Shown here piece after piece: positions 9,204 through 18,513 of a DNA stretch of 51,217 bases. The stretch comes from an uncultured Spirochaetia bacterium (GTDB taxonomy: Bacteria > Desulfobacterota_D > UBA1144 > Nemesobacterales > CSP1-2). Position numbers and translations under genes: made by a program. Under the pieces are notes generated by a model. The model saw only the letters and a program-made list of their open reading frames with translations, did not search any database and was not told the DNA's origin. The stretch lies in NCBI GenBank assembly GCA_964389705.1, contig CAYMEO010000005.1:1-51217 (forward strand), written 5' to 3'. Position 1 is the stretch's first letter, and each line of letters opens with the position of its first letter.

Positions 9204-10523
9204 CTATCTTTCAAAATTAAAATTCCCAATCCCCACACCCAGGTATTTAAACCCTATGTCCCTTAATCTCTTTGGATTGTATAGATTTCTTCCGTCAAAT
9301 ATCACAGGGGATTTCATAATCTTCCTCATCCTATCAAAATCAGGTTGCCTATACTCATTCCACTCAGTGTGTATTACTAATGCATCTGCCCCAGAGCATG
9401 CATCATAATTTGACTGTGCATATTCTACCCTATCCCCTAGAATCTTTCTTGCATTCTCCATTGACACTGGATCATGCACACATACGCTGGCTCCATTTGA
9501 TAACAACCTATCTATTACAAACAAAGAAGGTGCTTCTCTGAGATCATCTGTTTTAGCCTTAAACGACAATCCCCATACCCCAAACCTTTTGTCCGTCAGA
9601 TCCCCCCTAAAGTACCCTTTTATCTTTCTCCAGAACACCTCTTTTTGCATCATATTCACTTCATCTGTTGCCTTGCATATTTTAAGCTCGTAATCCAATT
9701 TCTCACCTGTTTTTACAAGCGCCTTTACATCCTTTGGAAAGCATGACCCTCCGTAGCCTATACCTGGAAAAAGAAAAGATCTCCCGATCCTACTGTCTGA
9801 CCCGAGTATCACTCTTATATCTGATACATCTGCTCCTACAATCTCACATAAGTTCGCCATCTCATTCATGAATGATATCCTCGTCGCGAGCATCGCATTT
9901 GCAGCATACTTGGCTAGCTCTGCAGACCTTATCCCCACTACTATTACAGGATTACTCGTCCTTACAAAAGGAGAATACATCTCCTTGAGGATCCCTGCAA
10001 CTGATGCCTTATCTGCTCCAATTACAACCCTATCCGGCTTCATAAAATCCTCTACAGCAGATCCCTCTTTAAGGAACTCCGGGCACGATGCTACATCAAA
10101 CTCCACATCCGTAATCTGCCTTATGACATCTCTTACCATCTCTGTTGTACCCACCGGAACCGTGCTCTTTGTAACTATAATTCTATAGTCCTCAAGACAC
10201 TCTCCTATTTCCCTTGCTACATCGAGCACGGCACTAATATCGGCCGATCCATCTTCGCTCGGCGGAGTAGGTACAGCAATGAATATTATGAATGAGTTCC
10301 TTACCACCTCTGATAGATCAGTCGTAAAATGAAGTCTGCCCTCTTTTATATTTCTCTCAATGAGTTCCTTGAGTCCAGGCTCATAGATCAGAGGCTTTGA
10401 CTGTCTTAGATTCTCAATCTTTACCTCATCAATATCCATACATATCACATTATTTCCTGTCTCCGATAGACACGCCCCTGTAACAAGTCCCACATAACCC
10501 GTCCCAATTATACCTATGTTCAT
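9204..10523 (-). CDS. ugd: UDP-glucose/GDP-mannose dehydrogenase family (UDP-glucose 6-dehydrogenase)
   Basis: IGTGYVGL, KSTVPVGT, PEFLKEG, GYGGSCFPKD (catalytic Cys), FKAKTDDLRE. Confidence 0.95.
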   Translation of the reverse strand: MNIGIIGTGYVGLVTGACLSETGNNVICMDIDEVKIENLRQSKPLIYEPGLKELIERNIKEGRLHFTTDLSEVVRNSFIIFIAVPTPPSEDGSADISAVLDVAREIGECLEDYRIIVTKSTVPVGTTEMVRDVIRQITDVEFDVASCPEFLKEGSAVEDFMKPDRVVIGADKASVAGILKEMYSPFVRTSNPVIVVGIRSAELAKYAANAMLATRISFMNEMANLCEIVGADVSDIRVILGSDSRIGRSFLFPGIGYGGSCFPKDVKALVKTGEKLDYELKICKATDEVNMMQKEVFWRKIKGYFRGDLTDKRFGVWGLSFKAKTDDLREAPSLFVIDRLLSNGASVCVHDPVSMENARKILGDRVEYAQSNYDACSGADALVIHTEWNEYRQPDFDRMRKIMKSPVIFDGRNLYNPKRLRDIGFKYLGVGIGNFNFER

Positions 10524-10542
10524 CTTTTATCCTCCTAATCTA

Positions 10543-12378
10543 CTACTCAACCGTAACACTTTTTGCCAGATTTCTGGGCTGATCTATATCACAACCTCTC
10601 TTCTTCGCAATGTGATATGCAAGAAGTTGCAGAGGAACTGTAAAGAGAATAGGAGAGAGAAACTCCTCAGTTCTTGGCACATAGAATACATGGTCTGATT
10701 TATCTCTTATCTCTTCATCCCCTTCTGTAGCAATAGATATCACCACCCCATCTCTTGCCCTCACCTCTTCAATATTACCCAGCATTTTCTCCCTTAGGTG
10801 GTTGTCAGGAATAAGACAAACTACCACTATGTCTCTATCTACAAGGGCAATAGGCCCATGCTTCATCTCCCCTGCTGCATAGCCCTGTGCATGAATATAT
10901 GAGATCTCTTTTAGTTTTAGTGCCCCTTCAAGTGCTATTGGATATGTAATACCCCTGCCAAGAAATAGAAAGCCCTTCCTGTCCCAGAATAGATTCGCAA
11001 TACTCTCGACCTCGCCTTCTCTTTTGAGTATATCCTCAACCTTTGTAGGAATAGTGCCTAGCTCAGTCATCATATTATGTACTGCCGTAGGTGAGACTGT
11101 TCCCCTAATCCTTCCCATATATATACCAAGCAAGTAGAGTATGACTAACTGAGACGTAAACGCCTTTGTAGAGGCTACTCCTATCTCTGGTCCAGCATGG
11201 GTGTAGATAACCACATCTGCCTCTCTCGTTGCGCTGCTACCTACGACATTACATACCACAAGAACTGCCGAACCGCACTCTTTAGCCTTCTTTATTGCCC
11301 CAAGTGTATCTGCTGTCTCTCCGGACTGTGTAATGCCTATTGTGAGTGTATTTTTATCTATTATAGTATCTCTGTATCTGAATTCCGATGCTAAATCTAC
11401 CTCCACTGGAATATGTGCCAGAGATTCTATTATATACTTGCCTACCAAAGACGCGTGCCAGGAGGTGCCACATGAGACTATGTATATCCTAGATATGTCC
11501 CTTATACGCTCCTGTGAGAGATTTATCTCCTCCCAATACATTTCGTCTCCATCAAGAGCAGTTCTTCCAGAATAGGTGTTCTTTACAGATTGGGGCTGTT
11601 CATGAATCTCCTTTAGCATAAAATGGGGATAACCGTTTTTCTCTGCCACTTCAGCACTCCACGGTATCTGGTGTACTGTTTTACACCTAGAACATCCGTC
11701 ATCAATACCCATTACCTCTATTCCATTACCATTTAAGACGACCATCTCATTGTCGCTTACATATATAGCGTTCTTCGTGTATCCCAGTATTGCAGGCACA
11801 TCCGAGGCAAGAAAATACTCCCCTTTGCCCCTTCCCACAATCAGTGGACTTCCCCTTCTTGCAGCCACTATCATATTTGGTGAATCAGAGCTTATTACAC
11901 CTATTGCAAATGTCCCCTCTATCTCACAAAGGGCTCTTCTTACTGCCCCCACAAGGTCTCCGTCTGCTGAGTATCTCTCAATTAGATGTGATATGACCTC
12001 AGTGTCTGTCTCCGATTGAAATACGTGGCCTTCAGAGGTAAGCATCCGCTTAAGTGAAAGATAGTTCTCAATAATACCATTATGCACAACCATTACTCTT
12101 CCATGACAGTCTCCATGGGGATGGGCATTTATCTCACATGGTTTTCCATGCGTAGCCCATCTGGTATGACCTATTCCTATGTGGCTTGTATATATCCTAC
12201 CATTTAAGATATTCTCGAGATTCGATAACTTGCCAACGGCCTTCTTCAGTATGATCTGACCATCCTCATAAAACGCTATGCCAGAGGAATCATACCCCCT
12301 ATACTCTAGTCTCCTCAGTCCATCTATTAGTATTGGCACTGCCATACGTTCTCCAATGTATCCTACTATTCCACACAT
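10543..12378 (-). CDS. glmS: Glutamine-fructose-6-phosphate aminotransferase (isomerizing)
   Basis: MCGIVG, LEYRGYDSSG, GHTRWATHG, SQ-like TQSGETAD, ALKLKEISY and C-terminal PRNLAKSVTVE. Confidence 0.97.
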   Translation of the reverse strand: MCGIVGYIGERMAVPILIDGLRRLEYRGYDSSGIAFYEDGQIILKKAVGKLSNLENILNGRIYTSHIGIGHTRWATHGKPCEINAHPHGDCHGRVMVVHNGIIENYLSLKRMLTSEGHVFQSETDTEVISHLIERYSADGDLVGAVRRALCEIEGTFAIGVISSDSPNMIVAARRGSPLIVGRGKGEYFLASDVPAILGYTKNAIYVSDNEMVVLNGNGIEVMGIDDGCSRCKTVHQIPWSAEVAEKNGYPHFMLKEIHEQPQSVKNTYSGRTALDGDEMYWEEINLSQERIRDISRIYIVSCGTSWHASLVGKYIIESLAHIPVEVDLASEFRYRDTIIDKNTLTIGITQSGETADTLGAIKKAKECGSAVLVVCNVVGSSATREADVVIYTHAGPEIGVASTKAFTSQLVILYLLGIYMGRIRGTVSPTAVHNMMTELGTIPTKVEDILKREGEVESIANLFWDRKGFLFLGRGITYPIALEGALKLKEISYIHAQGYAAGEMKHGPIALVDRDIVVVCLIPDNHLREKMLGNIEEVRARDGVVISIATEGDEEIRDKSDHVFYVPRTEEFLSPILFTVPLQLLAYHIAKKRGCDIDQPRNLAKSVTVE

Positions 12379-12499
12379 CTACTTCCTACCTCCAGATTTA
12401 TGTAATCACAATTTAGGTCTGAGGCACTGGTTACCTATCACCTTAGTATCTAAATATAAATAATACAGCCATTATTTGGAATTTTTCTCTCTAAAATCC

Positions 12500-12937
12500 T
12501 CACTGAAAAGAGGAGAAATTCGAGATGACTTTGGCCATCATCTTTCTCGGTATCCATACCTCTCCCTGTACCAATGCCCTTATTGATTTTATTAACTCCC
12601 CAGCGTTTGCGTTCTTTAGAATGTATCCTAGTGCCCCTGCACAGATCGCCCTCTTTATCCTCTCTTCATCATAATCTCTCATTATAAATAAGAGTACCCC
12701 TAAATTGGGATTCTTTTTCCTTACTAGACTCAGAACCTCTAAAGGGTTGAGATTAGCTATATCCATATCAAGCAAAATAAGATCGGCTTTAGTCCTTCTT
12801 ATAACTCTTTTCACCTCCGCTGCCTTAGAAGCCTCAGCTACAATCTCAATATCTCTTTCAGAGGCCAGCACTCTAGATATAGCAGCTATATAGAGAGCAT
12901 ACTCACAGGCTACTATTAATTTTATCTTTTCTGTCAT
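12500..12937 (-). CDS. Stand-alone atypical receiver (REC) domain protein, NarL-type, without HTH
   Basis: REC fold with LLLD-like ILLD and GYILKN. The beta1 acidic pair is replaced (IVACEY). Ends at WIPRKMMAKVISNFSSFQ; clear paralogue of 13406-14092. Confidence 0.8.
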   Translation of the reverse strand: MTEKIKLIVACEYALYIAAISRVLASERDIEIVAEASKAAEVKRVIRRTKADLILLDMDIANLNPLEVLSLVRKKNPNLGVLLFIMRDYDEERIKRAICAGALGYILKNANAGELIKSIRALVQGEVWIPRKMMAKVISNFSSFQ

Positions 12938-13132
12938 TTGTGTACCCCTGACATTGTATTATAAGATGTAAGGGACTAAACTTATTCTTCTTTGGGACCC
13001 ATATAATAATCTGAGTAGAGAACTGAGTTATTTCTCCGTGCTAATTACGTACTCCAATTTATTCATATAGAGCGGAAAACAAGTATTAATCCCTAGCCAA
13101 GACATTTATAAATCCCCATTGGGTATGCTTCC

Positions 13133-13162
13133 GCAACTCACTTACATAAAAAAGTGAGTTGC
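13133..13162. other. Perfect 11-bp inverted repeat (hairpin) in the 468-bp intergenic region
   Basis: GCAACTCACTT-acataaaa-AAGTGAGTTGC; no U-tract on either strand. Confidence 0.7.
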
Positions 13163-13197
13163 ACATTGGTAGTTTAGATGATATTTATATGTGCCCT

Positions 13198-13280
13198 AGA
13201 GACTAAATTCAATAGGACTTTAGAATGATTAATTGAAATAAAAAAGCCCTATTTATTACCTAACGTATAACTTTAGTCCA
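13198..13280. promoter_or_regulatory. Cluster of three degenerate GACT-WW-AGTC boxes
   Basis: GACTAAATTC (13201), GACTTTAGAA (13216) and AACTTTAGTC (13269); a further GGGACTAAAC at 12972. Confidence 0.5.
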
Positions 13281-13405
13281 TATTAGATGAACAATGGTCT
13301 ACTCTAGAAAAAAATCAGAATACAGGCAGGCTCTCTGAATCGGATACAGCCGTTGGCAAAGCTCACCTCATTAGAGTCAATATAACCAAACGACAGCTCA
13401 ATCAC

Positions 13406-14092
13406 CTAGTCTGTAAATCCATTCCGAAAACCGTAGAGTATAAGTTCAGACCTATTTTTCACAGAGAGCTTCTTAAAGATTTTATATAGGTGAAATTTCA
13501 CAGTCTTTTCACTTAAGAAAAGATTTTTTGCTATATCCTTATTGCTACAGCCACTCAAAACCAATTTTACAACCTTCGTCTCAGTTTCAGTGAGATCATA
13601 TATAGACTTACTCCCCTTGGCTCCCCTACGCGGGGATGAAAAGGCTTCTAAAACTTTTATCATCATCTTTCTTTCCACCCATAGCTCCCCGTCGTTTACA
13701 GCCTTAACTGCCTTTATAAGCCGAGAGGAATCCGCGTTTTTCAGCAAATATCCCCTTACACCAGAACGAATGGCATTTATAAGCATATTTTCATTGTAGT
13801 CGCTATTTACAATTAGAATTACCTTAGTAGCCTTATTCTTTCTAAGTATTTGGAGAATCCTTGAGAGATTTAAACCCTGCAGATCAATATCAAGAAGCAA
13901 AATGTCAAAATTGAGTCCTTCACACACTTGAACAAGATCGAGTACATTGGAAACCTTGGACACTACCTGTATGGTTTTATCACTTTCAAGTATCTTACAA
14001 ACTCCTTCTACTAAGAGTGGGTAATAACAAGCTAATACTACACGTAAGGTCCCATCACTTTTCTTCGATTGGCTTCCATTTTGCATGGCCAT
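13406..14092 (-). CDS. NarL/LuxR-family regulator with atypical receiver domain (VpsT/CsgD-like)
   Basis: REC domain (LLLD, GYLLKN; acidic pair replaced by ACYY) plus a C-terminal LuxR HTH (LTETETKVVKLVLSGCSNKDIAKNLFLSEKTVKFHLYKIFKKL). Strong RBS GGAGG. Confidence 0.9.
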   Translation of the reverse strand: MAMQNGSQSKKSDGTLRVVLACYYPLLVEGVCKILESDKTIQVVSKVSNVLDLVQVCEGLNFDILLLDIDLQGLNLSRILQILRKNKATKVILIVNSDYNENMLINAIRSGVRGYLLKNADSSRLIKAVKAVNDGELWVERKMMIKVLEAFSSPRRGAKGSKSIYDLTETETKVVKLVLSGCSNKDIAKNLFLSEKTVKFHLYKIFKKLSVKNRSELILYGFRNGFTD

Positions 14093-14114
14093 ATCACCCT
14101 CCTTCCCCTTTTTA

Positions 14115-14123
14115 CAACCGCCT
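14115..14123 (-). promoter_or_regulatory. ops-like element (AGGCGGTTG) in the leader of the LuxR-type gene
   Basis: GGCGGTTG versus the RfaH ops core GGCGGTAG; lies just downstream of the NusG paralogue and upstream of the RBS. Short, so it may be chance. Confidence 0.3.
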
Positions 14124-14212
14124 GTCGCAATTCATACTACAGATGAGACAGAGCAGCTTGAGATAAGTATTTACTGCTGTTGATCATCGCTGTTTTTCAA
14201 CCCCATCCAGCC

Positions 14213-14743
14213 CTACAGCGGCTCCATATCAAGAACATTAACCTCTACAGAAACAGACTTTTTTATAAGGTCTATAGACAATACAAACCTGTGTTTTGAG
14301 CGTTTCTCCATAATCCTACCGATTACCCCCTGTAGAGGACCACTTTTTATCAAGACTTCCCTTCCTCTGTCGAGGTAAGGATATGGATCATACTTTAGCT
14401 TGCTTTGAACAAGCGTCCTTATGGCCTCCACTTGCTCAGCGGGCACAGGCACAGGGGTACCATTACACCCCACTACTTTCAAGACCCCCTTTGTATACAT
14501 AACCCTATGTATATCTCCAAGGCCTACATTTACAAAAACATAAGAGGGAAAAAGGGGAACGTTTATAGTTTTATTACGGTCCTTCCATCTAGATACAATC
14601 TCCCTTAGAGGAAGAAAGGTTGTAACGCCTCGATTCTTCAAGTTTATTTCTGCTACCTTCTCATGTCGGCTCTTAGTATAAACAGCATACCACTCTTTTC
14701 CATTGGATAAGTCATCAACAACCGCTGATATGTCAAACGACAT
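14213..14743 (-). CDS. UpxY/RfaH-type NusG paralogue (transcription antiterminator)
   Basis: WYAVYTKSRHEK...FLPL...PLFPSYVFV NGN domain and KOW motif GREVLIKSGPLQGVIG; heads a polysaccharide operon. Confidence 0.9.
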   Translation of the reverse strand: MSFDISAVVDDLSNGKEWYAVYTKSRHEKVAEINLKNRGVTTFLPLREIVSRWKDRNKTINVPLFPSYVFVNVGLGDIHRVMYTKGVLKVVGCNGTPVPVPAEQVEAIRTLVQSKLKYDPYPYLDRGREVLIKSGPLQGVIGRIMEKRSKHRFVLSIDLIKKSVSVEVNVLDMEPL

Positions 14744-14793
14744 ATAACTAATTCTCCCCGAGTTAAGAATTTATTCCTTAATACTAATGCCTA

Positions 14794-14860
14794 ATTAAAA
14801 TGCAAATGGCGCCAAAAGTCAATAAGACTTTAGTTATACCCCGCTACTAGGCTAAAGTTA
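14794..14860 (-). promoter_or_regulatory. sigma70-type promoter of the NusG paralogue with two upstream boxes
   Basis: Minus strand TTGACT (14822-14817)-N17-TTTAAT (14799-14794). Boxes AACTAAAGTC (14835-14826) and AACTTTAGCC (14859-14850) are spaced 24 bp apart. Confidence 0.6.
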
Positions 14861-14873
14861 TAAGAAATCCGAC

Positions 14874-15980
14874 TCATTTATAGCTTTTTAGTCGAAACAT
14901 CTTTCCCGGAAACTGAGTAATCAAACCGCTGAGTTCCAGGGATAGAAGAACCGAGAGCACATTTGCCGGACTCATTCCGGTCAGCTTGGTGATTTCATCA
15001 ATGTGAAGGGGCTCATCTCTGAGCACAGAATAAATTGTCTTCTCATCTTGAGAAATACCGCAGAGTGAAACAGTACTAGCAGACACGGATTTATCTTCCT
15101 TAAACCTTCTAAGCAATTCTATCTCGGTTAATATATCCTCTACCGACTCGACTAGCTTTGCTCCTTCTTTTATTAATTTGTTTGTTCCCCGACTGAGTTT
15201 GGTCTCTATGTTTCCCGGTACAGCAAACACCTCTCTATTCTGCTCGAGTGCAAAAGAGGCTGTAATAAGGGAACCACTCTTATCAGAGGCCTGAACCACA
15301 ACAACTCCGAGAGAAAGACCACTTATGATTCGGTTTCTTTTTGGAAAGTTTATAGAATCTGGAGAGGTCCCAAGAGAGAATTCCGAGACAACCGCCCCTC
15401 TGTTAGAAATCTCCTCATAGAGTTTTTTATTCTCGATTGGATAAATAACATCCAAACCCGATCCCAGAACGGCAATGGTTCTTCCCCCGGTTCTTAATGC
15501 CCCCGCATGAGCAATAGAATCAATCCCACGCGCCATTCCGCTTACGATGGTAATGCCTCTTTGAGAGAGTTCCTCTGCAAGCCTCTGCGTAACGGATCTC
15601 CCATATCTGTCGGGAACCCTTGTTCCGACTATCGCAATCGCATTGTTATCTTCAGAGACAATCTCCCCCTTCACATAGAGAAAAGGCGGGGGGTTATATA
15701 TATTAAAGAGATTCCTTGGATAGTTTGGATCTGTAAGGAGTAGTAATTTAAAACCCGACCTTTTAATCTTCTCGATCTCTTCTTCAACCCTATCCCAGTC
15801 AGAAAAGCCCTTTATTGCCTGAGCCGTCTTCTCGCCGATTCCATCTACTCTCTCAATTTCATTTATCTGCGCCCTAAAGACATTTTGAGGACTATGGAAT
15901 TCAGAAATGAGGTTTCTGAATAAAACCTCCCCTACACCCTGAACCATCTTTAGCGCAATCCAGTATCTCCATTCTTCCAT
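14874..15980 (-). CDS. dprA: DNA-processing protein DprA/Smf
   Basis: IAIVGTR, IVSGMARGIDSIAH, FPKRNRIISGLS, SGSLITA, VFAVPG and a C-terminal winged helix. Confidence 0.95.
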   Translation of the reverse strand: MEEWRYWIALKMVQGVGEVLFRNLISEFHSPQNVFRAQINEIERVDGIGEKTAQAIKGFSDWDRVEEEIEKIKRSGFKLLLLTDPNYPRNLFNIYNPPPFLYVKGEIVSEDNNAIAIVGTRVPDRYGRSVTQRLAEELSQRGITIVSGMARGIDSIAHAGALRTGGRTIAVLGSGLDVIYPIENKKLYEEISNRGAVVSEFSLGTSPDSINFPKRNRIISGLSLGVVVVQASDKSGSLITASFALEQNREVFAVPGNIETKLSRGTNKLIKEGAKLVESVEDILTEIELLRRFKEDKSVSASTVSLCGISQDEKTIYSVLRDEPLHIDEITKLTGMSPANVLSVLLSLELSGLITQFPGKMFRLKSYK

Positions 15981-16059
15981 AATATTAGAAGTTTTAATCC
16001 CGAGTCTCAGGCAAAGTCAAGGTATTATTTATTCCTTTCTCCAAAGAGCAAATTACAAA

Positions 16060-16983
16060 CTAAACGAGGTTCCCTTTAAATAATCTCCCCTGGTATGTGT
16101 TTTTTCTTTGGAGTTCCATATCAATTCCGCGCAGAATTTCAGCGTGGGTTTTATTCCATATTGGAGCTATAAGAAGGTCTTGAGGAGTGTCCGTAAAAAG
16201 CCTCTCTAACACAATTTTAGGGGATAAGCGCTCGAGAAAACGCGAAATAAAATCGAGGTATTCTTCATAGGTAAATAGGTGGAAGGGCTCTTTCATATAC
16301 ATTCTAGCCAGAGGTGTATTCTTCACGATATGGAGGTTATGAATCTTTAGGAAATCAATGCCCAGATTTGACATTTCATCAGCCATCCTGAGCATTTCAT
16401 CCTGGGTTTCACCCGGAAATCCGACAATTATATGAGCGCCTATATGTATTCCCCTATCTTTCGTGATACGAATCGCATTAAGAACAGATTGATAGTCATG
16501 CCCTCTATTCATAAGTTTCAATGTTCTATCGTAAATTGACTCAATCCCGTATTCGACTGTTATAAACCAATCTCTGGAGAGGTTCTCAAATAGCTTTATC
16601 TTTTCCTCGTCCACACAGTCGGACCTAGTACCTATAGCAAGGCCTACTACACCGTCATATTCAAGCGCCTCTCTATATATTCTTTCGAGTTTTTCGGTCT
16701 TATCATATGTATTCGTATAGGCTTGAAAATAGATTATAAATTTCTCGGCTCTAAACCTCTTCTTTAAATACTCTATTCCGGTTTTAATCTGATTGTGAAG
16801 GGCAATACGCGATCGAGCATAGGAGGGAACAAAGCTATCATTGTTACAATACACACATCCTCCATTGGCTACGGTACCATCTCTATTTGGACAAGTAAAT
16901 CCAACGTCTACTGAAACCTTATGAACCCGGCAGCCAAATTTTCCTCTTAAATAGGCACTATAAGAATTGTAATATCTATCCAT
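16060..16983 (-). CDS. TIGR01212-family radical SAM protein (YhcC/YtqA-like)
   Basis: GFTCPNRDG...GGCVYC cluster motif, FQAYTNTY, GLAIGTRSDC, KIHNLHIVK. Confidence 0.88.
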   Translation of the reverse strand: MDRYYNSYSAYLRGKFGCRVHKVSVDVGFTCPNRDGTVANGGCVYCNNDSFVPSYARSRIALHNQIKTGIEYLKKRFRAEKFIIYFQAYTNTYDKTEKLERIYREALEYDGVVGLAIGTRSDCVDEEKIKLFENLSRDWFITVEYGIESIYDRTLKLMNRGHDYQSVLNAIRITKDRGIHIGAHIIVGFPGETQDEMLRMADEMSNLGIDFLKIHNLHIVKNTPLARMYMKEPFHLFTYEEYLDFISRFLERLSPKIVLERLFTDTPQDLLIAPIWNKTHAEILRGIDMELQRKNTYQGRLFKGNLV

Positions 16984-17110
16984 AGCCCGAATAATATAGG
17001 AGAAAACTAGGTATTAAATAATACTATGCTACAAATGATTGTTAAGAGGACAACAATCGGCCTTTCCCCTAGAATAGGAAAAGGTTTGGGTAAGTGAGTG
17101 GAGCTTCTCA

Positions 17111-17138
17111 TTGACTTGACTGACACCCAAGGTAAAAT
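17111..17138 (+). promoter_or_regulatory. Putative sigma70 promoter of the ABC ATPase (likely leaderless transcript)
   Basis: TTGACT (17111)-N16-TAAAAT (17133-17138), with the GTG start 7 nt after the -10 and no SD. Confidence 0.45.
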
Positions 17139-17145
17139 CCCCTAA

Positions 17146-18453
17146 GTGTGCATAACTAAATCACACGAGCCAATAATTGAAGCGCGCGCAGTGGAGAAGT
17201 TCTATTCTCAATCGGACGGACACCGTATCGAGGTTATCGCCCCAACTAACCTGGCCATATACCCCGATCAGATCGTCGCCCTACTTGGTCCATCCGGTTG
17301 TGGCAAATCTACACTCATGCGTATATTGAGTGGGCTTGCGCCCCCATCCGCAGGTGAGGTGCTGTGGCACGGATACCCAATTGATGGTCAGGTTCCTAAT
17401 GTCGCTATTGTATTTCAAAGCTTTGCCCTCTTCCCTTGGCTTACAGTGTTAGAGAATGTTGAAGCCCCACTAAAGGCCCGTGGCGTAAGCGTTATAGAGC
17501 GGCGTAAGCGCACATTAAAAATCTTGGATATAGTCGGTCTAGACGGCTTTGAGACAGCCTATCCGAAAGAGCTCTCCGGTGGGATGAAACAACGAGTGGG
17601 CTTTGCCAGGGCGTTGGTGATCGAACCCGAGGTCCTCTTCATGGATGAACCCTTCTCAGCACTTGATGTCCTGACAGCAGAGAACCTACGCAGTGAACTC
17701 CTAGAGTTGTGGCTCAATAAGAAGATACCAACACAGGCAATCTTTATTGTCACCCACAACATCGAGGAGGCAGTGTCTTTAGCTGACCGGATTATAGTAC
17801 TTGGCTGGAAACCAGCAAGAATCCGCACTGACTTCGAGATTCAGCTGGCGCATCCGCGTGAGCGTCAATCACAGCAGTTCATTGATCTCGTTGATTATAT
17901 CTACAAGGTACTTACGCAACCGCAGACTGATCAACAACTACCGCCAACCTCAACGGCTGAGCATGTTGATAAGAAGTATCCCATGCTACCACACGCACGA
18001 CCAGGCGGCATAGCCGGCTTTCTCGAGATTCTATTTGACCACAACGGACGCAGCGATATCTACCTCCTGGCAGATGAACTAGCAATGGAAGTAGACGATC
18101 TGTTGCCGATTATTGAGGCAGCCGCGTTGCTCAATTTTATACGCCTACATGAGGGTGATGTGGAGCTTACACCTGAAGGTCGAGCCTTTGTCGAAGCCGA
18201 TATTCCCACGCGAAAGATACTCTTCCGTGAGGCAGCGCTCAAGCACGTGCCCTTGCTCCGCCAGATTGAACACTCACTGCGAGCCAAATCAAATCGTGTA
18301 CTCCCCGACGATTTCTTCTATGATATTCTCGAGGAGCACTTCAGTGAGAAAGAGGCCAGACGACAGCTCGAAACTGCAATCAATTGGGGGCGCTATGCAG
18401 AGATTTTCGACTACGATGCTGGAACCGGGCAGATATTTTTAACCGAGTTATAG
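17146..18453 (+). CDS. NitT/TauT-family ABC ATP-binding protein with C-terminal AAA-associated extension
   Basis: Walker A GPSGCGKS, signature LSGGMKQR, Walker B LFMDEPF, H-loop VTH, and a ~170-aa C-terminal extension. Confidence 0.9.
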   Translation: MCITKSHEPIIEARAVEKFYSQSDGHRIEVIAPTNLAIYPDQIVALLGPSGCGKSTLMRILSGLAPPSAGEVLWHGYPIDGQVPNVAIVFQSFALFPWLTVLENVEAPLKARGVSVIERRKRTLKILDIVGLDGFETAYPKELSGGMKQRVGFARALVIEPEVLFMDEPFSALDVLTAENLRSELLELWLNKKIPTQAIFIVTHNIEEAVSLADRIIVLGWKPARIRTDFEIQLAHPRERQSQQFIDLVDYIYKVLTQPQTDQQLPPTSTAEHVDKKYPMLPHARPGGIAGFLEILFDHNGRSDIYLLADELAMEVDDLLPIIEAAALLNFIRLHEGDVELTPEGRAFVEADIPTRKILFREAALKHVPLLRQIEHSLRAKSNRVLPDDFFYDILEEHFSEKEARRQLETAINWGRYAEIFDYDAGTGQIFLTEL

Positions 18454-18513
18454 CCGCACTAAAAATTTAAATTCCCTAATATTATATATTAAGGATATTA
18501 TAAGGGCTCAAAC

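Noticed and set aside
12379-12499. Possible glmS ribozyme upstream of glmS
   Set aside because: None of the conserved core sequences or helices is present; the gap is short and AT-rich.
14800-14813. Apparent sigma54 promoter TGGCGCCATTTGCA upstream of the NusG paralogue
   Set aside because: GG-to-GC spacing is 8 nt, not the required 10; the segment is better explained as the spacer of a sigma70 promoter.
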